A model generated the notes under the pieces. That model did not search any database, had not been told where the DNA came from, and saw only the letters and a program-made list of their open reading frames with translations. Shown piece by piece: positions 12,140 to 24,850 of a stretch of DNA of 61,089 bases. How positions within the stretch are numbered: the stretch's first letter is position 1; the number at the start of each line of letters is the position of its first letter. The translations under genes and the position numbers were made by a program. This DNA comes from Ranitomeya imitator (lineage: Eukaryota): NCBI RefSeq assembly GCF_032444005.1, contig NC_091287.1, forward strand, positions 24,366,001 to 24,427,089, written 5' to 3'.

Positions 12140-12830
12140 TCTCATAGATAGGTAGATAGATAAATATATAGACAGATCATAAATAATAGATAGATAATAA
12201 ATAGATGATAGATAATAGGTAACAAAATAATAGATAGATAATAGATAAATGATAGATAATACATAGATAGATAATACATAGATAGATAATAGATAGACAA
12301 TAGATAATNNNNNNNNNNNNNNNNNNNNNNNNNNNNNNNNNNNNNNNNNNNNNNNNNNNNNNNNNNNNNNNNNNNNNNNNNNNNNNNNNNNNNNNNNNNN
12401 NNNNNNNNNNNNNNNNNNNNNNNNNNNNNNNNNNNNNNNNNNNNNNNNNNNNNNNNNNNNNNNNNNNNNNNNNNNNNNNNNNNNNNNNNNNNNNNNNNNN
12501 NNNNNNNNNNNNNNNNNNNNNNNNNNNNNNNNNNNNNNNNNNNNNNNNNNNNNNNNNNNNNNNNNNNNNNNNNNNNNNNNNNNNNNNNNNNNNNNNNNNN
12601 NNNNNNNNNNNNNNNNNNNNNNNNNNNNNNNNNNNNNNNNNNNNNNNNNNNNNNNNNNNNNNNNNNNNNNNNNNNNNNNNNNNNNNNNNNNNNNNNNNNN
12701 NNNNNNNNNNNNNNNNNNNNNNNNNNNNNNNNNNNNNNNNNNNNNNNNNNNNNNNNNNNNNNNNNNTAGATAAATTATAGATAATAGATAGATAATAGAT
12801 CGATTATATGGATGGATGGATTGATAGATT
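12140..12830. repeat. Degenerate (GATA/TAGA)n microsatellite spanning an N gap (12309-12766, 458 N)
   Basis: Visible GATA/GATAATA units on both sides of the N run. Confidence 0.9.
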
Positions 12831-13441
12831 AAATTGTATTTGCTTTGTGTATAGCTCTAAGAATTGCTTTTGTAAGAGAGAGCTTCCTCTGTGACAATAC
12901 CTTTTGTGTCTCGGTTGTTTTGCCGTTTTATGTGTTTTCCTCTTGGCTGAGTTTCTTAGTGCATCTGCCTATTAATGTCAATTAAATGGTGAAAACAAGT
13001 TATATGTTGCTCTGATGATCCCTATGAAGCCATTAAGCTGTAAGATGCAAACTTTGATTGAAGCTTCATCCAGCAGAACAATCGCTCGGGAGCTCCAACT
13101 ACATTTCTCTCCTACTCTATGAACAATATTGCGTTTATTGTAAACTCTCATTGGGAATTCATCCTGATAATTCCATTGAGATCACAAATAAAATGCTGAC
13201 TGGGATTGCATCAAGCTGCATCAAGCAATAGAGCGGAGCTTTATGTGAGGCTGATGATGGCTCTCTATGTACAGTCTTATGCACAGTGCACCAAATAAAT
13301 ATTAACCACCATCAGGTGATTGGTGTTTGTTTGGTCATTTCTAAGGACCAAAATGGTATATGGACAATAAGACTGGGATCATCGGTAATCACATATAGAG
13401 ACAAACCCAGGAAAAGGCTATGGGGTACTGTATTTGTTCTA

Positions 13442-14800
13442 TCAACGCATGGTCAACTACCAATCAAAGCATGGTCAACCACTAATCAATGCATACTCAA
13501 CCACTGATTAATGCATCATCAATCACAAATCAACACATACTCAGGCACTGATCAGGGCATTGCTCAACCACCGATCAATGCATGCTCAAGCACTGATCAG
13601 AACATGCTCAACCACCGATCAACACATGCTCAACCACTGATCAACACATACTCATCCACTGATCAGGGCTTGCTCAACCACTTATCAGGGCTTGCTCAAC
13701 CACTGATCAACGCATTCTCAACCACTAATCAGAACATGCTCAACCACCGATCAACACATGCTCAACCACTGATCAGAACATGCTCAACCACTGATCAACA
13801 TATGCTCAACCACTGATCAACACATGCTCATCCACTGATCAGGGCTTGCTCAACCACTGATCAGGGCTTGCTCAACCACTGATCAACGCATTCTCAACCA
13901 CTAATCAGAACATGCTCAACCACTGATCAACACATTTTCAACCACTGATCAGAACATGCTCAACCACTGATCAACATATGCTCAACCACTGATCAACATT
14001 TGCTCAACCACTGATCAACACATGCTCAACCACTGATCAACACATGCTCAACCACTGATCAGGGCATGCTCAACCACTGTTCAAGGCATTCTCAACCACT
14101 GATCAACACATGCTCAACCACTGATCAACGCATGTTCAACCACTGATCAGAACATGCTCAACCACTGATCCACATATGCTCAACCACTGATCAACACATG
14201 CTCAACCACTGATCAGGGCATGCTCAACCACTGTTCAACGCATTCTCAACCACTGATCAACACATGTTCAACCACTGATCAGAACATGCTCAACCACTGA
14301 TCAACACATGTTCAACAACTGATCAGAACATGCTCAACCACTGATCAACATATGCGCAACCACTGATCAGGGCATGCTCAACCACTGTTCAACGCATTCT
14401 CAACCACTGATCAACACATGCACAACCACTGATCAGGCCATGCTCAACCACTGTGTAACGCATTCTCAACCACTGATCAGAACATGCTCAACCACTTATC
14501 AGAACATGCTCAACCACTGTTCAGCGCATGCTCATTCACTGATCGGGGCATGTTCAACTACTAATCAACAAAAGCTTAGCCACTGATCAAAGCTTCTTGA
14601 GTATTAATCAACACATGCTCAACCATAGATCTATGAATGGTCAAACACTGATCCATCTGCACATGCTCAACTGATGATCAATGAATGATCAACACGTGAT
14701 CCAAACATGTTCTTCACACACCAATCCATCAATTCACACAGGTTGAACCACCAATTAGTGCTTGATTAACCACCTTTCAACCCATGCTCAACTACTGATC
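13442..14800. repeat. 22-bp minisatellite (TCAACCACTGATCAACACATGC)n, ~60 units
   Basis: 22-bp periodicity with a homogeneous core and degenerate edges; variants …CAGGGCATGC, …CAGAACATGC and …GTTCAACGCATTC. Confidence 0.93.
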
Positions 14801-16422
14801 CATTCAAGTTCTTCCTCACTGTGGTCATTCAGCAAGAAACTGGAACTTTATTATAATTTATGGGCTTTCCAATGGTGAAGCACCAGTGATTGGACATATA
14901 TAACTCGTACTGTAGATAGGTGATACCTTTCCATTGTGGGACTACCCTTTTATGTTAGTCCATCACCTGGCTCAAAGTCTCATAGTAAATAATGAAAAAC
15001 TGTTAATATTATTCTTTATGTTGCAAATTACGATGCATGCCCATATTTTCACCATAATTTGGACTCTCTCTTCTTTATCTTTATCCCTATTCTTGATAAC
15101 TTTTTGAAAGGTGGACAGGCCCTCCTGTGACCGCAACAAATTTACTAGAATTCGGTGTAAATAAATTATCAGTTTTCCACTGTATAGGTGATGCTTTTTA
15201 AGTCAGGGTGGATCCAACTGCAAGACCAGCCAAGTGGAGTTGAATGGAGCTACCGTTCGAGCATGCGCCCCTCTACTACAAGCCTAAGACACTGGTGAAG
15301 TTTTCTTTGTATGTTCAGTGTCAAAGACCTGGAATGGAGAGACTATTCATGTATATCTGTGACCAATCACTACATTAAACTCCTCCCGGTTAAGGTCTCG
15401 TATCTAGGGTTGGATGGAGACTTAAATTCTCCATTTTGATTTATCAGTGCTGGTTCTAGTGATTGGACTCATACAATCTACCATTTATCACCGATATAGT
15501 TCTGCTAATTCATGGAGATAAGAATGCTCTTTAAAGTAGAATAACTAACCTTTGGTATGGTCGATTTGAGTCCATCAGGGTCAAGTATAGATTAGCTCTC
15601 AGTTCTGTCTCATTTAAGGGCTCCCGAATGAAGCACTCACCTCTTCGTCAGACTACCCCTTTAAGTGTGAGGTGCACTGTTACTTTAAGACATGAGTAAT
15701 AAAGCTGATGATAACTTTTTTAGACATTAATACTGTAACAATTAAGATTACAAGATATGAGTATCAGATCAGAGGAGGCCTGACACCTAGCACCACAACT
15801 GATCAGTTTATCGTTGGAAAAGGATAAGCAAATCTTTAAATATTTCAAATCTCAGGTTTCCTTGAATTTGGCCAGGAAATTCTCATTCTCATTGAATGTA
15901 TTCCGTGCCATCTCTAAAGACAAAACATAATAAACAAAATCAAAAGAAAATAGAAAAAATCATACTCAAATGGCCCTCACCTGTCTTGCCATGCCACCCT
16001 GCTGCAATCTGGTCATTTTCTTTGGTCCAGTTGTCATTGGGCCATCTTCTGCATTTTTATCGCCTACCACTTTTGGGACCCCGTATGATTGTTGACTAGG
16101 CCCAGCAATGTCTTGACATTTTATGAGGCCATACACAACTTGATATTACAGGGCCTAGTCTGCATACGATAAACCAAAGATAGCAGGCACAGAAAAATTA
16201 TGAAGATGGCCCAATGACGACTGGGCCAAAGAAAACTGCTTGTTCGGAGCCTAACTACGTGGCTTAACAGGTTAGGGCAGTGTAAGTATAATTTTTGCTG
16301 CATTCACCTGAACTGAATCACAAATAAACCTGGATTTGAGCTAAACCAATTTTTTTCATAATATTCATGGCAAATTAAATATGTCTCAAGTTGATTCACA
16401 AATCTCTTTTGGTGGTAGTACC

Positions 16423-16650
16423 AAGTGTCAGACACCCAATGATCTGACCTTGATGACCTAAAGTGTCAGACACCCAATGATCTGACCTTGATGACCTAAA
16501 GTGTCAGACACCCAATGATCTGACCTTGATGACCTAAAGTGTCAGTCACCCAATGATCTGACCTTGATGACCTAAAGTGTCAGACACCCAATGATCTGAC
16601 CTTGATGACCTAAAGTGTCAGACACCCAATGATCTGACCTTGATGACCTA
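16423..16650. repeat. 6 x 38-bp tandem repeat (AAGTGTCAGACACCCAATGATCTGACCTTGATGACCTA)
   Basis: Six copies with a single substitution among them; each contains TGACCT-TGA-TGACCT. Confidence 0.97.
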
Positions 16651-17575
16651 TTGCAAAGACAGGTCCTCAATATCTCAGTCCTAGACAACCCCTGTAATTA
16701 CTCCGGTCGTTTGGGTTTGAAGACCAGAAATCATGCTGTAGACTGTAACAAATGTCCAATAACTGGGCTCACCCCATAGTGGGGAAATACGGTACTTCTT
16801 TGCACTGCTATGTAAAACCAGTGAGCACAAATCATACATTGTGCCACATGAGATTGAGCATCTGCATCCGTATTCTGGGCACCGCGTAGATGTATGAATT
16901 TCAGTGCCTATGTTATTGCTGGCCTGATTAGTCTGCCCATTCATATAGTAGGGATAATTGCATTGCTGAATGTAATCTGGCATTCGTGTCCGAGCGTGCA
17001 GCTCATTAAATGAACCCTGGCAGAGAACAGGAGGCTTTATACAAATTTGCAAATTAGGAATGCACAATAAGCGGAGAAAGGAGGAAATCAAACCCATTAC
17101 TCTAATTTAATTTTCAGTTTTGGATTTCCGCCTCATCTTTAGCGCTCTTCACCGGGAAGTGAGCGTTAAATTTAATTCTTTATATTGTCTCAGGATTCTA
17201 TGTGTAATCAAGTTTAAAGAGCGGTTGTGGAGTCATTAGAAACTTTGGCACATGGGGCATCTGTTGGCCACAGTCACTCCGACATCCTAGCTAGCAGAGG
17301 ACTGGAGGCAGCACATCTCGGCGGAGTATGAATAGTTATATGATTAGCAGCCCTACATGTAAACCATCGTGTCTCCTTACATGATAAAGGAGCCCTCTTA
17401 GCCACAAGAGTTGCAAATGTAGCTCCCGTATGTACATTACAATTTTTTTATGGGAAATTGAAACACATGCCCAATCCACGGGTTCATCCAAACTGGGTGA
17501 ACCCTTAAAACTCATCTACTTTTAGGTATGGTCTCATCAAAGGGATGGTCCATAGGCAAAAATAAATTTTATCTA

Positions 17576-19130
17576 CATTGTGTGCAGAATTATTAGGCAA
17601 GTTGTATTTTAGAGGATTATTTTTATTATTGATCAACAACTATGTTCTCAATCAACCCAAAAGACTCATAAATATCAAAGCTTAATATTTTTGGAAGTTG
17701 GAGTGGTTTTTTTTTTAGATTTGGCTATCTTAGGAGGATATCTGTTTGTGCAGGTAACTATTACTGTGCAGAATTATTAGGCAACTTAATAAAAAACAAA
17801 TATATTCCCATCTCACTTGTTTATTTTCACCAGGTAAACCAATATAACTGCACAAAATTTAGAAATAAACATTTCTGACATTCAAAAACAAAGCCCCCCA
17901 AAATTAGGGACCAATAGTGACCCTTTCTTTACGATGACACTCAACAGCCTCCATCCATAGATTCTGTCAGTTGCTTGATCTGTTTACGATGAACATTGCG
18001 TGCAGCGGCCACCACAGCCTCCAGACACTGCTCCGAGAGGTGGACTGTTCTCCCTCCCTGTAGATCTCACATTTTATGAGGGACCACAGGTTCTCTATGG
18101 GGTTCAGATCAGGTGAACAAGGGGGCCATGTCATTATTTTTTCTTCTTTGAGACCTTTACTGGCCAGCCATGCTGTGGAGTAGTTAAAGACATGTGATGG
18201 AGCATTGTCCTGCATGAAAATCATGTTTTTCTTGAACTATACCGACTTCTTCCTGTACCACTGCTTGAAGAAGTTGTCTTCCAGAAACTGGCAGTAGGTC
18301 TGGGAGTTGAGCTTCACTCCATCCTCAACCCGAAAAGGTCCCACAAGTTCATCTTTGATGATCCCAGCCCATACCAGTCCCCACCTCCACCTTGCTGGCA
18401 TCTGAGTCGGAGTGGAGCTCTCTGCCCTTTACTGACCAGCCTCTGGCCCATCCATCTGGCCCATCAAGAGTCACTCTCATTTCATCAGTCCATAAAACCT
18501 TTGAAAAGTCAGTCTTAGGATATTTCTTGGCCCAGTCTTGACATTTTATCTTATGTTTCTTGTTCACAGGTGGTCGTTTTTCAGCCTTCCTTACCTTGGC
18601 CATGTCCCTGAGTATCGCACACCTTGTGCTTTTTGTGACTCCAGTAATGTTGCAGCTCTGAAATATGGCAAAACTGGTGGCAAATGGCATCTTGGCAGCT
18701 TCTCGCTTGATTTTCCTCAATTCATGGGCAGTTATTTTGCGCCTTTTTTGCCCAAAACGCTTCTTGCGACCCTGTTGGCTATTTGCCATGAAACGCTTGA
18801 TTGTTCGGTGATCGCGCTTCAAAAGTTTGGTAATTTCAAGACTGCTGCATCCCTCTGCAAGACATCTCACAATTGTGGACTTTTCAGAGCCGTCAAATCT
18901 CTCTTCTCACCCATTTTGCCAAAGGAAAGGAAGTTGCCTAATATTTAAGCACACCTTATATAGGGTTTTGATGTCATTAGACAACACCGCTCTCATTACA
19001 GAGATGCACATCACCTGATTTACATAATTGGTCGTTGGCTCTCAAGCCTGAACAGCTTGGAGTAGAACAACATGTATAAAAAGGATCATGTTTTGAAAAC
19101 ACAACTTGCCTTATAATTCTGCACACAGTG
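17576..19130 (-). mobile_element. Tc1-like DNA transposon, DD37E type, 1555 bp, decayed
   Basis: TA TSD (17574-75 and 19131-32); TIR CA(C/T)TGTGTGCAGAATTAT(T/A)AGGCAAGTTG; inner repeats at ~17761 and ~18930. Confidence 0.93.
17904..18914 (-). pseudogene. Frameshifted Tc1 transposase
   Basis: Fragments MGEKRDL…, RCLAEGCSSLEI…VLWTDEMRVTLDGPDGW and FMQDNAPSH…WPPCSPDLNPIENLW lie in different frames; 37 residues separate the second D and the E. Confidence 0.9.
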
Positions 19131-20050
19131 TAAATCCCTGTCTATTTGATGCATTTGTCCCTTAGCTGTGAACTGTACTATGTGCACAGTGACAGTGCCT
19201 GCTCTCTTGTTGGCTCACATTTGTAGTAGCGAGATGGAAACGCGGGGGTGTTACCATACCCAGCAGAGACCAGTGATGTCACCTCGGGGTCAGTGCTGAT
19301 CCCCTGCACGCCAGGTGTTATACCACTATATTGCCCGCTCGTTACTGCAGATCTAACCCAACAAGAAAGCGGGCACTGTCACTGTGCACCTCACAGTGCA
19401 CAGCACATGGACAGTGCAGGGACTAGCCCAGCCCCTGAAACAAGTGTCAACATTGTTATTAGAAAATAGCTTAAATTTTGGTATCAAATAGATAGATAAA
19501 ATTTACTTTTACCTTTGGACCACCCCTATAATTTCCGACAATCTTACAGCACTGTTGGCATTATTGGCACTAGACATGAGCAAAAAGATTTGGAGGGCTC
19601 TGGTCCATCACTATTTTGTGGCCCCCGGACCAGAGCTCTCCAACTTTCTTTTACCTGTGACCTCTCCAGCTCCTCTTCTGATCTATAATCCAGGCACGAC
19701 ATTATCTTTGTAGCGCAATGCCCACATCACTTGGTGCTGAGCCTACTAATCAGAGGAGGTACCTGGGATTTTGCAGGTGGCAGGAGGTTTGCAGGACTCT
19801 AGTCTGGAAGCCATGGACTACAGATGTGGCTCCTGGACCAAGGCTTTGCAGAACCCAAATTGGCATGTATGTGTACTTAGGGTTACCAGAAGAGTGCCTC
19901 CGCTGGTCAAACTGAAGAGTTGACTTTGCTTGCACCTTTAATGGAAATTGTATAAATCCTGATTGGGTGTCAAATGGTTTTGGTTGAGGAAAAGAGTAGT
20001 ATATGTGAAATATAATGGCTAGACAGTCCTGATATTTACTTACATACATA

Positions 20051-21495
20051 CAGTAATGTGCAAAAGTTTTAGGCAGGTGTGGAAAAAGTGCTGCAAAAGA
20101 AAGAACCTTACGAAAATAGAAGTGTCAATAGTTTATTTTTATCAATGAAATGAAAGTAATGCAAAGAGAATGAAGACAAGAGAAATGTACATTAAATCAA
20201 TATTTGGTGATTGCCCTTTGCCTTCAAAACATCGACATTTTTTCTACGTATACTGTACATGTACAGTTTTCGCAGGTTCTCGGCAGGAGGTGGTTCCAAA
20301 CATCTTGGAGACCTGACCCCAGATCTTCTGTGTATGAGGCTTGAGCGGATCCTTCGGTCTCTTCATGTGATCCCAGACAGACTGGATGATGTGAGATCAG
20401 GGATCTGTGGGGGCCGGATTATCACTCCCAGGACTCCTCATTCTTAATGTCTGGATGTTTGAGGTCGTTGTCCGGCTGCAGAATACATTTGGAGCCAATC
20501 AGCCACCTCCCTGATGGGATTACATGATGGATCAGTATCTGTTTGTATCTCTCAGTATTGAGGACACCATTAATCCTGACATAATCCCTAACACCATTTG
20601 CTGAAATGCAGCCACAAACTTGCAAGGCCCCCACTGTGCTTCACTGTTCCTGTAGACCCTCATTATTGTGCCTCCGGGGAACAAACTGCTTATGTTACAG
20701 CCAAATATTTCACATTTTACTCCTCGTTCCAAAGCTCCTGCTGCCGTTTTTCAGCTTTTGTGCATAACTGGGTCACTTGGCCTTGTCTCCATGGGTTTTT
20801 GGCTGCAATTCTTCCATGTAGACCACTTCTGGCCAGACGTCACCGAACAGTAGACTGGTGTAGTTGGGTCCCATTGGTTGCTGCCAGTTCTGAGCTGATG
20901 GCACTGCTGGTCATCTTTCATTCTGACGGGAAATAAGCATGATGTGTCTTCCATCGGTTGCGCTGAGTTTCCTTGGCTACACTGTTTCTACAGTTATCAA
21001 TGTTGCCCATCACTTGGTGCTTATTTAAAGTATCTTGATCAGCACATCTCGAAACCCGAAACATCTCGAAATCACAGTCTGCTTTGAAATGTTTGCCTGG
21101 TTGAGACCTTGCCGATGCAGTATAACTACCCTGTGTCTGTCTTGCCATGGTGTATGATGTGTGATATGAAGCTGTCTTCCACAACCTCACCTTTGTAGCA
21201 GAGATTTTTTTTGGCCCTCACCCACTTTTAAGCCTCCAAGAGGTGTTTCTGTTTCAGTTAATTACTGTGCTTCAATCTACATATAATTTTTTTTTCATCA
21301 GTTTGGTAGAATTGTTTACTTATATACCTGACTATATTCCTACAAAATCGCGGACTGTGCAAATAAAAGTACCTTGGAGAATTGATGAAGGCAAATGGCG
21401 GTCACCAAATATTAATTTTATTTACTTTTCTATTTCATTCATTCACTTTACATTTTGGTAACTGATTAAAAATAATACAGACACCCACCTGCCTC
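20051..21495 (-). mobile_element. Heavily decayed Tc1-like transposon
   Basis: TA-CAGTAATGTGCAAAAGTTTTAGGCAGGTGTGG left end and truncated right end CACCTGCCT; remnant peptide GALQVCGCISANGV…RINGVLNTERYKQILIHHVIPSG…ILQPDNDLKH (20422-20634). Confidence 0.8.
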
Positions 21496-22885
21496 AGAAT
21501 TAAAGGGGTATTCTGATTTTTACAAGAACCGTTATATTATTTCTATTTCTTCTTCTACAAAAAAAAATCAATTCCACCTTCAAACTGCAGAATCCGCTGG
21601 ATGCGGATGTGATTCCTGCCGTAGCTCCAGGGGGTGCAGAGGTTACCCCTCTGCCTCTTCTCTGAGATAAGATGAACTGTGGATTGAGTCCCTTTAACAT
21701 AAAATTTTCATTAGGAAGATTATATCCTCCATAGTCTGCTACACTCTCGGTAGGATAGATGATAATGATCTGCCAGTCCTCCAGGGCTGGGGATAAAAAT
21801 CACTGACGCGAGTGTCTACTGCGGCTCGAAATAAAAATCAGCACGTTTGTATTGATATCCAATTAAAGGGCAACTTCAGGAGGTCGTGATAGCTACAATC
21901 ATCAATGCAGCCCGGCTTACTGATGATTCACCTATAATCAGTGCTACTGTACAATCACATGTATGTAATGTGCATGTATTCATCCTGAGCCTCCTGATTC
22001 ATGAATGGAACACCAAAGCTGCAGTGTAGACTGACACTGGCCTGAGAGTAGTAAACAGGAAACAGGAGTGGATGGATTATGATTTCATATGGCCAAAAAG
22101 AACCCAAAAGGCTCACTTTTTTGCATACTGGATAATAAAGGGACGCACATTTTGCATATTTCCACCCACAATTCTCATTTTATGGGCTTCCTACAGCCAG
22201 GGCTTAAAGACGGTAATTTTAGGGAAATTAAATGTGTTAAAAGACTAAAAATATAGAAGGTAATTTCTATTTTTAAGGTCATTTTTCATTTATATGCCTT
22301 TTAAAGGGAATGTATTATCCGAAGATGACATAGTCTTTTAAATTTTATTGTTAAGTAATTTAAGAAAGAGTTAATTTCTTGTTTTTGTATAATATTCTCA
22401 CACAGTAGGCTGTTTTCTGCTTATCAGTTTATCTGTGTAGGCCGGGACAGGTCAAGCAGAGTCATCTCATTATTGTTTTTAGCAATCTTATGACTAAAGG
22501 TTGGGGTCAGTTGTGTCATCTCATTATTATCGCTAGAAGGTGGTCGAGTTATTGACCCCTTTATTGTTCTGGTGGAGGCCTAGATAAGGCAGTGTAATAA
22601 CATAGTGCACTGTATGCAGCTCTACTGCTACTCCCTGGTCTCTGGTGAGGGGCTAGAATCCATCATCTCCTATTAGTCTATGGACACTTTTCCGTCCATT
22701 CACTCTTATTCGTTTCTGCCGCCATGAGGCCATTACTCCATTCTGCTCTCTCTATGGCGATAATACATGAAGAAGTCTCCATTATGACCTCCCGGACTTA
22801 CATCTAATTAACAAAATTAAAATGATCTCCATGAAAGTTTCCATTAAAACTTCAAATGTTTTTGGTAATAATGATGAAAACTTAA

Positions 22886-24850
22886 AGGGAACCTATTGAA
22901 AAATCTAATCTCCCCAACACCCCAAATCGTTACTATAACTGCATATCCTTTTAAATGATTAGGTTGTCAATCCTTTTACGACTTCTTTAGCAGAGAAAAA
23001 TCGTGCTTTGAAAATTCAGTCTTTAAGTGCATTGGGGCATGACTGTGCACTTACAGCTTCTCAGCCTCCTCTGTATTCCCTCATCTGTCCGAGATTACAT
23101 GTTCCGCGATGTTTGGAACAACCTCCTGCCGAGCTGCTACAAAAACTGTGGACGTTTACCTAAAAAAAAAAAATGTTGCTGTTTTGAAGGAGAAATATTG
23201 ATTTGATTTAGTCTTGAAGTGCATTGGGGCGTGATGATGCACTTACAGCTTCTCAGCCTCTGCTGTACTCCCCAACTAACGGCAGCACCCCTCCTCTGGC
23301 TGATTGACAGGTCAGTGCCCATTTACCAGAACAAATGATCTGACAATCAGCCAGGGAAAAGTGCTGCTAGGTCAGGAATACATTGGATACTAAGGAGCTG
23401 TAAGTGCATTGTCACGCCCCACTGCACTTTCAGACAGATCTTCAAAGCTTGATTTCTAGCTACTGGAGAGGTGCTTTGGGGGGAGGGGGAGGCTAACTGG
23501 TTTATATTTTTATAGGATTGCACAGACAATTTGGTGTGTTTTGGAGAGTTACAAGTTTTTGCTCTCTTCCCTTTAACATTTCTTAGTCAATCACTGGCTG
23601 GAGCAGGTCAGTGTTACTGATTAGCTAAAAGGAAATTTCGGGCAATTTTTGGGGTCGAGGGTGGGATCAAGAAGCAAAAAACCAGAGGGATTGAGTAAGC
23701 ACCAGAATTAGACCGGCATGTGGTCAGGGAGGTTGAGGATTTTGCTAGGTCAGGAATACACTGGATGCTAAGGAGCTGTAAGTGCATTTTCACGCCCCAC
23801 TGCACTTTCAGACAGATCTTCAAAGCTTGATTTCTAGCTACTGGAGAGGTGCTTTGGGGGGAGGGGGAGGCTAACTGGTATATATTTTTATAGGATTGCA
23901 CAGACAATTTGGTGTGTTTTGGAGAGTTACAAGTTTTTGCTCTCTTCCCTTTAACATTCTTAGTCAATCACTGGCTGGAGCAGGTCAGTGTTACTGATTA
24001 GCTAAAAGGAAATTTCGGGCAATTTTTGGGGTCGAGGGTGGGATCAAGAAGCAAAAAACCAGAGGGATTCAGTAAGCACCAGAATTAGACCGGCATGTGG
24101 TCAGGGAGGTTGAGGATTTTGCTAGGTCAGGAATACACCGGATGCTAAGGAGCTGTAAGTGCATCTTCACACCCCAATGCACTTCTAGGCTGCATGGCTC
24201 TGCTCTCAACATTAAGTAATCTCTGTCTGAAATTACATGTTCCAAGATGTCTGGAAAAGCATCCTGCCAAGCTCCTACAAAAACTGCGCACGTGTACCTT
24301 AAAAAATTGTTGCTGTTTTGAAGGAGAACTATTGATTTATTTAGTCTTGGGACGTGATGATGCACTTACAGCTTATAAGCCTCTGCTGTACTGCCCAACT
24401 AACAACAGCACCCCTCCTCTGGCTGATTGACAGGTCAGTAGCCATTTACTAGAAAAAACGATCTGTCAATCAACCATGGAAGGGTGCTGGTATGTCAGGG
24501 ATGCACCAGGTACTAAGGAGCTGTAAGTGCATTGTCACGCCCCACTGCACTTTCAGACTGATCTTCAAAGACTGATTTTTAGATACTGGGGGATTGACTG
24601 GTTTATATTTTTAAAGGGATACACAGGCGTATTAGTGTTTTTTGAGGTGTTAGAAGTAATTGATAATGTTCCTTTTAAAATTGTGCGCCAATCACTGGCA
24701 GGAGCGGGTCAGTATCAGTGATTAGCTAAGAGTAGAATTTCTCGGCATTTCTGGTGTCGAGGGTGGGATCAAGAAGTAAAAGACCAGAGGGATTGTGTAA
24801 GCACCAGAATCGGACCTGCATGCGGTCGGGGAGGTTGGGGATTTTCATAA
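22886..24850. mobile_element. T2-type MITE-derived composite with an internal 378-bp tandem duplication (units start at 23366, 23744 and 24121)
   Basis: Begins TTAA-AGGGAACCT; recurrent AAGTGCATTGGGGC…GCACTTACAGC units occur in both orientations; the right terminus is incomplete. Confidence 0.65.

Larger units (their letters stand above)
17541..19527. mobile_element. T2/Kolobok-type MITE interrupted by the Tc1 element
   Basis: Left AGGGATGGTCCATAGGCAAAAATAAATTTTATCTA matches the reverse complement of right TAGATAAAATTTACTTTTACCTTTGGACCACCCCT; flanks are degenerate TTAA (TCAA and ATAA). Confidence 0.7.

Noticed and set aside
19590-19643. 17-bp-stem hairpin (TTGGAGGGCTCTGGTCC / GGACCAGAGCTCTCCAA) as a possible ncRNA
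   Set aside because: It is most simply a collapsed MITE remnant; there is no other support.
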